Assembly (NCBI GenBank): GCA_002723275.1
Contig: PBNZ01000002.1
Coordinates: 1-60,000 of the forward strand
Length of the DNA: 60,000 bases
Direction of reading: 5' to 3'
From: Planctomycetaceae bacterium
GTDB taxonomy: Bacteria; Planctomycetota; Planctomycetia; Pirellulales; Pirellulaceae
Positions 49,705-58,998 of this stretch are shown one piece after another (position 1 is the first letter of the stretch; each line of letters begins with the position of its first letter). The notes beneath the pieces were generated by a model. That model saw only the letters and a program-made list of their open reading frames with translations. It was not told the DNA's origin and did not search any database. A program made the position numbers and the translations under genes.

Positions 49705-50412
49705 ATGAAGAACTACAAGCCAATCCCCTTCGCTTTCCTGATGGTGCTCTGCGTAGGAGGGACGACGCCCGAAACCGCCGACGGCCAAATGTTTGGCCGT
49801 CGTTCGTTCGGTACACCTTTGACACGACAGCCCAATCCTGGTGTCGGCGGAGATGTTGGTACGCTTCGTAACCAGCGTTTCATCCGAGGCAATCGAAGAC
49901 GGCAAGATTTTGTCGGGGTTGATCGCATGGAAGCCTCTAGCTTTGTCGGCCTCCAAGATGGCGGAGCCCAACAAATTCCTCAGTCCGCAGTCACGGTAGC
50001 GCCGCAGCCTTCAACCCAGGACGCAGCGTTGAATACACCGTTGCCGCCTGCACCTAGAAACCAGATGTATCCACCGAAAATCATCGTCGACTTTGATTAT
50101 GACCGACCGTCGCTCGCCTTGCGTGCCGCAGAACTTACGGAGAATCTTCGGTCGATATCACCGGAGATCGAGGTGTCGGTGGAAGGGCGGACAGCCATTT
50201 TGCGCGGAGCGGTTCCCTCCGCGGAGCACGTCCGTTTAGCGACCATCCTGGCGAGCTTCCAACCGGGTATCTCCGCCGTGGAAAGTGATCTGATAATTGT
50301 TGGTGATAGGAAAGCGGACTCGCGGTCGACTGATCCGAGTCAGCTGCCTCCGCCGCCGATTCCTGAACCTGCTTTGGCTCCACCTGCTCAACCGACAAAT
50401 CCAAACCGATAG
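49705..50412 (+). CDS. secreted BON-domain protein with Pro-rich C-terminal tail
   Basis: The ATG at 49705 gives a signal-like MKNYKPIPFAFLMVLCVGG. A BON-like segment is present (LALRAAELTENLRSISPEIEVSVEGRTAILRGAVPSAEHVRLATILASFQPGISAVESDLIIV). The tail overlaps the convergent lipoprotein gene. Confidence 0.55.
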   Translation: MKNYKPIPFAFLMVLCVGGTTPETADGQMFGRRSFGTPLTRQPNPGVGGDVGTLRNQRFIRGNRRRQDFVGVDRMEASSFVGLQDGGAQQIPQSAVTVAPQPSTQDAALNTPLPPAPRNQMYPPKIIVDFDYDRPSLALRAAELTENLRSISPEIEVSVEGRTAILRGAVPSAEHVRLATILASFQPGISAVESDLIIVGDRKADSRSTDPSQLPPPPIPEPALAPPAQPTNPNR

Positions 50413-51115
50413 GATTTTCAGACGATTGGGTATCGTCTGATTGAGATTGCAACTTCTTCGCAAAACTCGGCGGAAGGTTAATCGTCACCGCCGTGTCGGC
50501 CTTTTCATCATCGTGGCTGGCAAGTTGAACGTCCTTGAGGGACGGCTTCTTGTTCTTTCCAATTTGCGTTTTGTCATCGCCCAACTCATTCTGAATTCCT
50601 GGCAAAACAGTTCGAGAAGGATCGGAAACGACTACACCGCCCACTCGACCTTCGTACCTGGCAATCAGGCTGATGTGCCTTGAGGGGCCACCGACCTCAG
50701 ACCAGGGCAGCCAGACACTATAAGAGTGACCGGCCTTTGATTTGCTGTGATGCGTTACAAATTGTTCGGGGGTGAAAACGAACTTTTTCTCTGGCGATGG
50801 CAATCCCGTCACATACTGCTCTGCGTCAAAAGCATAGACCGTCAATGAACCGTCGACTTCGATCGGATCATCTTCCTCACCGCCATAGAAAAAGATTCTC
50901 GCTCCGAAACCGCGGATCGCCGGCTTACCTGGCTGATACATCACGGTATCGGTCCACATGGCAACCATCCGATCTGGGGTGGGAGGAACCTCTTCGATAT
51001 CCGCAAAAATCTTTTCGTGCAAATCAAAAGGAGTACAACCACTGGTCAGGGCGATGACCAATGCAACGAGGCCCATGAAGTAGGCTTTTGCCAGATATAT
51101 GATTCTCATGCTCAT
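50135..51115 (-). CDS. lipoprotein translationally coupled to secretin (candidate pilotin/secretin-associated lipoprotein) with ~115-aa disordered C-terminal tail
   Basis: The ATG at 51115 overlaps the secretin TGA (ATGA). Signal plus lipobox (LVALVIALTSGC). Globular ~200-aa N-domain, then a low-complexity tail extending to 50135. Confidence 0.6.
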   Translation of the reverse strand: MSMRIIYLAKAYFMGLVALVIALTSGCTPFDLHEKIFADIEEVPPTPDRMVAMWTDTVMYQPGKPAIRGFGARIFFYGGEEDDPIEVDGSLTVYAFDAEQYVTGLPSPEKKFVFTPEQFVTHHSKSKAGHSYSVWLPWSEVGGPSRHISLIARYEGRVGGVVVSDPSRTVLPGIQNELGDDKTQIGKNKKPSLKDVQLASHDDEKADTAVTINLPPSFAKKLQSQSDDTQSSENPIGLDLSVEQVEPKQVQESAAEAADSDQSTASPLSYHQQLSDHFPRRRYPVGSSPGWSLNGRAPRREPLRAKWLSALPPTPRSPVISTEDSP

Positions 51116-54100
51116 TTTCTTCGGGGAAGCAGTCGAGCTGGAAGTTTTTGTACCGCCGTTAGAACGCGTGGTTTCTCACGAGTCGCCTGATCAACCGGTT
51201 CCTCATCCGTCTCTTCATCGCCGGTCCCAGTTTTCTCTTTTGGATCCGACACATCCGTGAGCAAAACTGGGCTCGCGCCCGACCCTTGAAATTCGCTGGT
51301 TTCGTCAAGTTCCATCGGCTCCGGTGACTCGATCTTCTCACCACGAGGATTAATGTCGGGATAAATCACTTCGGTATCACCGTCCAGAATAATCCCGTGA
51401 TCGAAGGATGCACCAACGTCACCTTGGATCTCATAAACGTCGGCGGCACACCAGGACATACGAGCCATCTCGATGTGTTTGATCCGAGCAGCTTCTTGCT
51501 CATTACGAATCACATGAGGCGTCAAAATGATCAGCAGTTCCGATCGATGTTTGTCCACATAGTCATATCGGAAGATATCCCCGAGTAGCGGGATCTGGGA
51601 TAGATAAGGAATCCGTCGAGACGCTGATTCTTTCCGACTGGTGATGAGTCCGCCAAGGATAATCGTTTCCCCGCTCGCCGCACTCACCGTTGCCTGAGCG
51701 GTTTGAATGTCGACTCGAGGCGAACGAATGATCGTGCCATCGAGTGAAACACTCACAGGAATTCCATCTTGGTCTGGACCGACCTGCGATTTTTCTGCGT
51801 CGACCTCCATAACCACCATTCCATCTGGACTGATTCGTGGCGTCACTCCAAGGATGAGACCAACATTTTCGAGTTCAATAGTGTTCGTCTGCAAACCGCC
51901 ATCGGTAATGTTCGAGGCAGTAATTCGGGGTACCCGCTGACCGACCTGAATGAACGCTGACTGGTTGTCCAACGTTCGAATTTGAGGTCGGCTGAGCACA
52001 TCGAGGCGCCGTGATTCCTGCAGAGCTCGAATCAACAGGCTAATACTGTCGCTACTCGCCGATAAAACAAGTCCGCCAAAGTCGTTGTTACTACTCACAC
52101 GATCCATGGCAAAAGAAGTCAGCGCCTGTGATCCCAGACGACTCCGAGTACTCAGTGCCTGCGTACTCCCACTGTTCCCCAGATTCTGATTATTGAAGTT
52201 GAAACCGGGTAGATTGTCGGCCGACTGAATAATCTCTTCCGTGACGGTAATGATTCCATCAGCGGTCGACTCCTGTCCTGTGATTGTCGTCGTCACCAAC
52301 TCACTCAACAGGCTGCGATCAAACAAAACGGAATCCTGAATTCCAAGCTCGACACCAAATTCATCGGTGTCCTTGAGCATGACTTCGGCGATTACAACCT
52401 GAATCAGAACCTGAGGCGGTTGTTCATCCAAGGAGACGATCAGCTCACGGATCTGGTCAAAATACCTTGGCGTCGCACTGATGATCAAAGCATTTCGAAC
52501 CGGCTCTGGAACGACGACCACTTCACGTTCAACCTGCTCGAAAAAGTCACCTGCCTGGACTGCCTGTTGAACTAATCGTTCACTTCTCAAGAACTCATTA
52601 ATTGCGGCTGCAACATCAAGTGCTGGCGCGTTTCGCAGTCGATAGACCTCGTTCCTTCGTTCCGCAAAATCCCGTTCGTCGAGTCGCAACAGAAGAGCTT
52701 CAATGATTTGCAGATCGCCTTCCGAACCCGCAGCGATGATACTATTCGTGCGAGAATCAACGGCAAAGCGTAAAGGCGCCAGGGAGGTGTCACCCTCAGC
52801 GCTGGACAATTGTGGCCCGGTGGACGCCCCTGTCTGAGACGGCAACAAAGATCGCAGCATCTGTACCAGGCTTGCGGCATCGCCGTTATTGACGCGAAAT
52901 ACCTTGATCTGGGCAACAGCGCCGGGAGTATCCATCTGTTCGATGAGCATTTCCAGAAGCGGAATACTATCCGGAGGCCCGGAAACGATCAGCGTATTGT
53001 TTCTTGCATTCGCCGTGATACTGACATCGGACAACATCCCCGAACGAACCATCTGTTCGCCACGGCGATCAATGGTCAATAATTCGAGGATTGCCGACGG
53101 TCCGTCGCCTGAATTGCTTCCTTGAATCGCCTCTTGCAATGTTTGAGCAAGATCTTCTGCCAAGGCATTTTCTACCTTGATAATCTTGGCTTGGTTAACC
53201 GTTGCACTTCGATCCACGTCCAAGGATTCGATCAGCCGGCGTACTTCTTGAAGGTCTCTGGGAGCCGCGTAGACGATCACTGAATTTGAACGAACGTCAG
53301 CCAGGGCTGTCACCTTCGGTCCCAATTGATCGCGGTTCGAGTAAAAATCGTTGATGTTCGAAACGACGGTTTGAGCAGTCGCGTGCTTGAGCCGGTAAAC
53401 ATCAAATTGAGTTTCAGGGCCCACGGCTGTATCGAGCTTTGTAATCAATTCGAGCATCGATTGAATGGCATCGCCCCAACCAATCAACAACAGGCTATTC
53501 GGCTTCACCAGCGGCGTCACACTAACTCGGCCCTGACGCCCTCCCGTAAGATCTTCATTCACATTATCAATAATGTTGGCAACTGACTCACTTTGCGCGT
53601 GCTGAAGGTCATAAATCCGAATCTCAGGTTGCGTCTCTTCACTTAAACGCTCAAGTTCTCGGATGACATCCGTCAGTCGATTGACATCACGATCCCGACC
53701 ACGCAGGATGATGACGTCCAAATCGGGGAGCGTTTGCACTTCGACATCGACGTCCAAATCACCAGGTATCATCTGTGCACCTGGCAGCTCTTCATCGGCA
53801 GCTTCGCCCTCGGCACCAGCGCCCTCGGCAGCAGCGCCCGTATCAGACGAATCTTGCAGGACGAAATTAACCAGTGCCAACCCTCCATCTCCATAAGTAA
53901 CCCGTGAAGATGAATCATCGGGATTCAGCGCCTCACCTCGATAGGCATCAATGGCCTGCCGCAACTGCCTGCGATCCGAACGCTCGATCGACATAATTGC
54001 GGTACGTCGGTCACCCGTTCGCTGCGCGTTTTCGAGTGCCTGGATTAATTCCTGACATTGTTTGAGTAATGGCCGCGAGGCTGAAACGAGCACACCTTGC

Positions 54101-54858
54101 CGCCGGGCATCGAACTCAAATTCCGCCACAATCGCCTCATCACGTCGTAGCGTATAAACAGTCCTGCCCAAACTTGAATCGCGACCCAAGCGATTCCCCA
54201 ACACAGCAACTAACTGTTGTTGCAAACGAGTTCCATTACCGTTGAAGGAAATGAATTTCGTTTCCATCCCTTGACGATCGATTTCAGAAGGTCGAGTCAC
54301 TTGAGGGGATCGAAAGCGAACTGAATCGGAGCGAGGCTCAGTCCTCTCATTAATCGCTGAATTGGCCGCGCTGAAGCTGGCAAAGTGTTTCTCGATGAAT
54401 GCATGCACACCTGGCGTCGCGATCACGAACAATTGTTTACCATTCGCATCGCCGGAAACACGAAACTCTGGCCGATCGCCGTACCGACTCTCCAGATCTG
54501 CAATTTTAGCTGCCTGCTGTTCCGCTGGACACGGGTAAACTCGGACCTGAGTTACCGGCCTTTCGACTCTCTTAACCGGACGATCCACAACCCTGATGAA
54601 GTCCGCGGCATAATTCAAGCCGTCTTGAGACTGAGCATTGACAACAAGCTCATTGCTATCCGTCCGCGCTTCAATGCGAACACCGTTCGGCATCACCTTT
54701 TCTAAAAGCTTCGCGACTTCATCTGCTGGTTTATAGCGCAGCGCAAAGGTCCGTTGTGCAGCTGGATTCTGTGCAGAGGCTGCCAACGCAAATATAAGAA
54801 CAACCGTGCAAAAGACTGACACGGCGTTGAAACACACTCGATAAAAAACAGTAGCCAT
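51112..54858 (-). CDS. giant secretin (GspD/PilQ family) with >=5 N-domain repeats and extended acidic C-terminal region
   Basis: Secretin core (IQVVIAEV...LDNQSAFIQVGQRVP...IILGGLI...RIPYLSQIPLLGDIF). Five or more upstream N-domain-like repeats are visible (e.g. IRIYDLQHAQSESVANIIDNV; FDVYRLKHATAQTVVSNINDFY; IKVFRVNNGDAASLVQMLRSLL). The ORF-track TTG start at 55065 is unlikely. ATG at 54858 (GGAAG upstream) or 54870 precedes the signal peptide ...VVLIFALAASAQN. Confidence 0.85.
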   Translation of the reverse strand: MATVFYRVCFNAVSVFCTVVLIFALAASAQNPAAQRTFALRYKPADEVAKLLEKVMPNGVRIEARTDSNELVVNAQSQDGLNYAADFIRVVDRPVKRVERPVTQVRVYPCPAEQQAAKIADLESRYGDRPEFRVSGDANGKQLFVIATPGVHAFIEKHFASFSAANSAINERTEPRSDSVRFRSPQVTRPSEIDRQGMETKFISFNGNGTRLQQQLVAVLGNRLGRDSSLGRTVYTLRRDEAIVAEFEFDARRQGVLVSASRPLLKQCQELIQALENAQRTGDRRTAIMSIERSDRRQLRQAIDAYRGEALNPDDSSSRVTYGDGGLALVNFVLQDSSDTGAAAEGAGAEGEAADEELPGAQMIPGDLDVDVEVQTLPDLDVIILRGRDRDVNRLTDVIRELERLSEETQPEIRIYDLQHAQSESVANIIDNVNEDLTGGRQGRVSVTPLVKPNSLLLIGWGDAIQSMLELITKLDTAVGPETQFDVYRLKHATAQTVVSNINDFYSNRDQLGPKVTALADVRSNSVIVYAAPRDLQEVRRLIESLDVDRSATVNQAKIIKVENALAEDLAQTLQEAIQGSNSGDGPSAILELLTIDRRGEQMVRSGMLSDVSITANARNNTLIVSGPPDSIPLLEMLIEQMDTPGAVAQIKVFRVNNGDAASLVQMLRSLLPSQTGASTGPQLSSAEGDTSLAPLRFAVDSRTNSIIAAGSEGDLQIIEALLLRLDERDFAERRNEVYRLRNAPALDVAAAINEFLRSERLVQQAVQAGDFFEQVEREVVVVPEPVRNALIISATPRYFDQIRELIVSLDEQPPQVLIQVVIAEVMLKDTDEFGVELGIQDSVLFDRSLLSELVTTTITGQESTADGIITVTEEIIQSADNLPGFNFNNQNLGNSGSTQALSTRSRLGSQALTSFAMDRVSSNNDFGGLVLSASSDSISLLIRALQESRRLDVLSRPQIRTLDNQSAFIQVGQRVPRITASNITDGGLQTNTIELENVGLILGVTPRISPDGMVVMEVDAEKSQVGPDQDGIPVSVSLDGTIIRSPRVDIQTAQATVSAASGETIILGGLITSRKESASRRIPYLSQIPLLGDIFRYDYVDKHRSELLIILTPHVIRNEQEAARIKHIEMARMSWCAADVYEIQGDVGASFDHGIILDGDTEVIYPDINPRGEKIESPEPMELDETSEFQGSGASPVLLTDVSDPKEKTGTGDEETDEEPVDQATREKPRVLTAVQKLPARLLPRRK

Positions 54859-54985
54859 ACCACTTCCCATACGGGTGTACCGGAAGGATGAAAAAAACGT
54901 TTCAGAGAAAAGCTCGGGGATGTTAGTGAAACCACGAATCGCCGTCAACTCGAGACGAGCGACTGTTTCAATAATCTTTTCGAGT

Positions 54986-55879
54986 TCAGGGGAGAGCGAC
55001 CAAACGCTGTGAAGCTGCGAGGTTTTGGCCGATTGCAATGCGCCTCCGTTCACCGTCGCTGACAACCTCCACGGCCTGTGCGTCGATTTTTTCGACGGTA
55101 AGAGCTAGCGTTTCGAGTGCTATGGTTTCACCGACAGCGACGTATTGAATCTTGCCAGAGGGATCTCGTATCCACGCCTGTTTGTTTCCGTCACGGTCCG
55201 AGGTAATGGCAGAAAGGACTATTTTTTCGGCGACAGGATCTCCGGTGGCAAAGAGATTGCGTCGTGGAATCGATCGGTATTTGCCAAGTTCCCGATGAGG
55301 CGATTGTGCCGGCAAATTTGAGCCTGTCGCGGTGGGAATCACAAATGCCTCCACCGTCATGGTGAGCGCCAGACGACCGTCGGACCCAGGACTCATGGAA
55401 ATGGATTGGACACCATGCAGGAAGTCAGCATCATAGATGTTACGTAGCAAAAGCGTGACCTGGGGCAGCGTACCATTTCCTCGCAACAGAAAAGGAATAC
55501 GGACCAAGGTGTTACGGTTTCCGGTAGCCGATGCGGCATTCACACTAACAGAATTAATACCGATCTCTTCCGCCATCTCCAGCAACCAGCCACGATATTC
55601 AGTCACCGCGACCTCAAGTTCTCGTGGTAAGCTCTTTTTCTCCAGTTCCGGAAGCTGCAGCAACTTGTTTTGTTGTCGGCGAACTTCGAGCTTTGCATCT
55701 CGGAGTCTTTTATCGAGCGTCTCTTGCTCGACCACCAATCTGCCAAGCGGTTCAGAGTAAAGTTGCTGATAGGCCATATCACCGAGATAGACGATGAGTA
55801 TCACGCTTACAGCAATCAGTAGGATTTTCTGTCGTTGGGGCATCTCGGTGTTACTCGTTTCCCGACGGCGAATCGCCAT
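54986..55879 (-). CDS. GspM/PilO-like inner-membrane protein fused to a C-terminal PilP/GspC-HR-like beta domain
   Basis: N-terminal TM (ILLIAVSVILIVYL) plus coiled coil plus periplasmic domain, then the C-terminal ...KIVLSAITSDRDGNKQAWIRDPSGKIQYVAVGETI...VEKIDAQAVEVVSDGERRRIAIGQ resembling PilP-like secretin-binding domains. Alternative start ATG 55843. Confidence 0.5.
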   Translation of the reverse strand: MAIRRRETSNTEMPQRQKILLIAVSVILIVYLGDMAYQQLYSEPLGRLVVEQETLDKRLRDAKLEVRRQQNKLLQLPELEKKSLPRELEVAVTEYRGWLLEMAEEIGINSVSVNAASATGNRNTLVRIPFLLRGNGTLPQVTLLLRNIYDADFLHGVQSISMSPGSDGRLALTMTVEAFVIPTATGSNLPAQSPHRELGKYRSIPRRNLFATGDPVAEKIVLSAITSDRDGNKQAWIRDPSGKIQYVAVGETIALETLALTVEKIDAQAVEVVSDGERRRIAIGQNLAASQRLVALP

Positions 55880-57332
55880 CGGGTGACTCTGGCGGTCTTG
55901 GCTTTACCGTGACCATGGCTTCAAATTGAAATGGAAACTGGCTTCCCTCTGCCGCTTGCGATATTCGTCGACTGACCACATCGTGAAATTCATCCCGCAA
56001 TTCCGACTCGAGGCTTGCGATTTGGGCAGCGTCATTCACCCGCACACTCATCGAGATCACGCCAATGCCATTGTTTGAGTCAGACATCGACATTCTTTGA
56101 ACGACGGCTTTGCCGGCATCTGGAAAACGTTCAGAGAGTTCTTGCAATTCTGCAAGCCAATTGATCTCTTCATTTTGCCAACGCTCAATCGCATCAACGG
56201 TGCCGCTCCGCGACGAGATTTTTTCCAGCAGTTGTGTTTGGCTTTCTAATTCGTTCGCCACTTCGTCATATTCAGATCGCGCCAGCGACAATTCAGAACC
56301 AAGTTGCCAAACAATCAACCACATCGCGACCGCAGCAACCGACCCGTAGAGAGCAACCTTGCGCCCGTAACGAATTGGTTCGGGGGGGCGCTTTGGATTG
56401 ACAAAATCAATGGGCGGACTGGACTCGCCAAAATCCCGGAGGATTCCAATCAAGGCAGTGTATCGGTAGACCTCGATTAAATCGACATTGCGACTCAGTT
56501 GGATTCCCACCAAAGGATCAAGCAACGACACAGGCAACTGAAGCTGTTCGGCAAGTCTTTCAGAGATCCTTTGCATGCGGTTGGCATCACCGAACAGATA
56601 GACATGCTGAACGTCAGATTCATTAGTTGCATCAACAGGAGCAACCGCAAGAGTACGTCGCACTTCGTCGAAGAGTTTCTCAACTCGATCGGTATTTTGA
56701 ACGGAGGTCGACAAACGCACTGTACGACTGAATTGCACTTGTCCATTTTCAAGGATGGACAGATCAACATCGGGATCGACCCAATTCAACAACAGTGACT
56801 TCGAGTGATCTTCACCCGTCAAGCGATCAAACAGAGACGCAACGGCCAAGGGTCGCAAGACAATCTGGCTTGGTTTGTGATCCAATCCTTCGGCGAGTTC
56901 TTGAATGAAATCATTTGTTTCAGGACGGAGCACAGCGGCTTCGACTCGCATGACGGATTCTTCGGTCGTGGTGGTCATATAATCGATCAGAGTATCTTCT
57001 GGCAAATCGGAAACCTGCCGCATGACCTCGTTTCGAACCATTTCCGGTAATTCAGTTGGCGCCGCTGGGGGCAACGTCATTTCGCACAACTCGACCTGAG
57101 AACGCGGAACCCCAACCAGCAATTTATAAGAACTCACTTTGTTGGTTTGAAGCTGTTCTGCGAGCTTGGCTCCCATTTCACGAGCGGATTCCGAACCATC
57201 CAAATCGATGGTGATGGCGTCAATCAATTTCAACTCATCTCGATTCGCCGAAGCCACCAGCGCACTCAACTGACCCTGGTCCCAAGACAAGGCCACTAGA
57301 TATCGATTTCCGCGCTTCGTTATTCGAAACAC
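55851..57332 (-). CDS. PilM-PilN fusion (GspL-like): cytoplasmic actin-like domain + TM + periplasmic coiled-coil domain
   Basis: Residues 1-305 are PilM-like. TM at ~326-345 (VALYGSVAAVAMWLIVWQL). The C-terminus is PilN/GspL-periplasmic-like. GTG start at 57332, 1 nt after the upstream gene stop. Confidence 0.6.
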   Translation of the reverse strand: MFRITKRGNRYLVALSWDQGQLSALVASANRDELKLIDAITIDLDGSESAREMGAKLAEQLQTNKVSSYKLLVGVPRSQVELCEMTLPPAAPTELPEMVRNEVMRQVSDLPEDTLIDYMTTTTEESVMRVEAAVLRPETNDFIQELAEGLDHKPSQIVLRPLAVASLFDRLTGEDHSKSLLLNWVDPDVDLSILENGQVQFSRTVRLSTSVQNTDRVEKLFDEVRRTLAVAPVDATNESDVQHVYLFGDANRMQRISERLAEQLQLPVSLLDPLVGIQLSRNVDLIEVYRYTALIGILRDFGESSPPIDFVNPKRPPEPIRYGRKVALYGSVAAVAMWLIVWQLGSELSLARSEYDEVANELESQTQLLEKISSRSGTVDAIERWQNEEINWLAELQELSERFPDAGKAVVQRMSMSDSNNGIGVISMSVRVNDAAQIASLESELRDEFHDVVSRRISQAAEGSQFPFQFEAMVTVKPRPPESPDGDSPSGNE

Positions 57333-57333
57333 C

Positions 57334-58998
57334 CTACTGTCCTCTAATCGTTCGGTTTCCCGTCGACACTGTATTCATTGACTGGCCGGCCACACCCGGA
57401 ACTTGCTGCTCATCAAGAGGTAACGACAATTCATCGTATCGGTAACCACGACCTAAGCGATCCATGTTTCGACGAAACAACAAAGGAAGTTCTTCTCGCG
57501 TCGCATCCAGAACAAACTCTGTCCTCAACCACGGGGAGTCCTGATCGTAATAGGCAACAACTTCACCTTCCATCACATCTCCACACGTCGTGACCCACGG
57601 CCACACCTCCTGCATCCCAGTTCGATCCACCACACCTTCGACCAACAACCAGATCGCATGTTGTCGACCCGATTCAATCGTGGTGTTTTGCCGCAAGGCG
57701 ATTAATTGTTCCATGGCGTCCGAGGAGAAACCGGGAATCACCGTCAGCACTTCACGAGGTGCGAGATGAATATTGATTCGACCTTGAATCACCTCGTCTT
57801 CGGCGCATGTCGTTGCGTCACAAAAATCAACGAGATCCGAGCCGGAAGTTCCCTCCGACCGCAGCGGACTTTCAAAGACCCGCACCTCTTCGCCCATTGG
57901 AATACCAACGCTCACATCGATCAGCTGAAGATGGTGCTCAATCGTGAACTCAGCTTCCGCACTGCTCGATATCTCTGGCAACTCGGTCGCCGGTCTCGCC
58001 GACGACACCCCACCATCGTAAGGTCCATATTGTCGCAACGCCACGACAAATTTGGCTACCGGTGGCTTAAAACGTGCGTTCAGTTGCTCAGTTAGCGCCG
58101 ACAGATCCTCCTGATTCAAATTGATGCGAGGATTGCCATCACGAGATTCATTACGTTCAGCACTGTAAACAGTCAGATACGCAGACCAAGGCAGTTGAGG
58201 ACCGACCGGATCGGTTGGCCGACGACCTCCTCCGGTTCGAGTCCGATCAGGCGCCCCCCTAGCTTGTTGGTTGTCGTTTTGATGATGCACTCGCCTCATC
58301 CCAGTGACCGGATCTCCGTATAGGTCAGAAAACTGTACGCCTCGTACGGAGAGAAGTTCATCGAGATGCTTCGGCAGTTGATTTGCTGGCTTTCTCGGTG
58401 GATTGAGTCGCTCATAAAATTCCAACTCAGCACCAAATTCTCGAGGCTCTTCGTCCTCATCCAACCAGTCCAGAATCGAGTCGGCTACATGTTCCGTCAT
58501 CCCGGGAAGCTGCATCAAAACCACCCGACCATAACCGGGCTGAGCCTGATCCCATTCAAGCAACGTTGGCAGTGAAAGTTTGGCCGCTGTCGGAACAACG
58601 CCAAAGTCAAAGCGGCGCGCAACGTTACGTTCCGCCGTTACTGGTGATGCTTCAACATCGTTCAAAGTGACCGGATGATGGACAATGCTAAAGCGTCCAT
58701 GGCGAATCCCGCTGTAATCCTGGTCAACAATCACATCTCGAAATAGACTTTCTTCGGTACCAACTTGAGCCCAAAGCTCTCTCTCAACTCGGGGCAGAGC
58801 TGCATAGGATCGCAAAAACGCATAGCCCGAATCATGGACCATCTGCACCTGACCACGGTCCGCGGCGATGCGAGAGGCTCGATTTTCAGCCTGCATGAGA
58901 ACCACGAATCCGTAGGCCGAAAGAGTCACCAACACGACGACAATCGTCACCACAAAAAGGGCGGCTCCGCGTCGTTGCCGGGCATCCACATGCGTCAT
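57334..58998 (-). CDS. GspK-like minor pseudopilin (large, 554 aa)
   Basis: N-terminus MTHVDARQRRGAALFVVTIVVVLVTL matches the GspK QRG plus TM pattern. An internal HhH-like LDELLSVRGVQFSDLYGD is present. The ATG overlaps the upstream gene stop (ATGA). Confidence 0.5.
   Translation of the reverse strand: MTHVDARQRRGAALFVVTIVVVLVTLSAYGFVVLMQAENRASRIAADRGQVQMVHDSGYAFLRSYAALPRVERELWAQVGTEESLFRDVIVDQDYSGIRHGRFSIVHHPVTLNDVEASPVTAERNVARRFDFGVVPTAAKLSLPTLLEWDQAQPGYGRVVLMQLPGMTEHVADSILDWLDEDEEPREFGAELEFYERLNPPRKPANQLPKHLDELLSVRGVQFSDLYGDPVTGMRRVHHQNDNQQARGAPDRTRTGGGRRPTDPVGPQLPWSAYLTVYSAERNESRDGNPRINLNQEDLSALTEQLNARFKPPVAKFVVALRQYGPYDGGVSSARPATELPEISSSAEAEFTIEHHLQLIDVSVGIPMGEEVRVFESPLRSEGTSGSDLVDFCDATTCAEDEVIQGRINIHLAPREVLTVIPGFSSDAMEQLIALRQNTTIESGRQHAIWLLVEGVVDRTGMQEVWPWVTTCGDVMEGEVVAYYDQDSPWLRTEFVLDATREELPLLFRRNMDRLGRGYRYDELSLPLDEQQVPGVAGQSMNTVSTGNRTIRGQ

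Noticed and set aside
54859-55065. ORF-track TTG-initiated 69-aa N-terminal extension of the secretin
   Set aside because: It would overlap the upstream PilO/P-like gene by 80 nt and precede the signal peptide. ATG at 54858 or 54870 gives a normal signal peptide.
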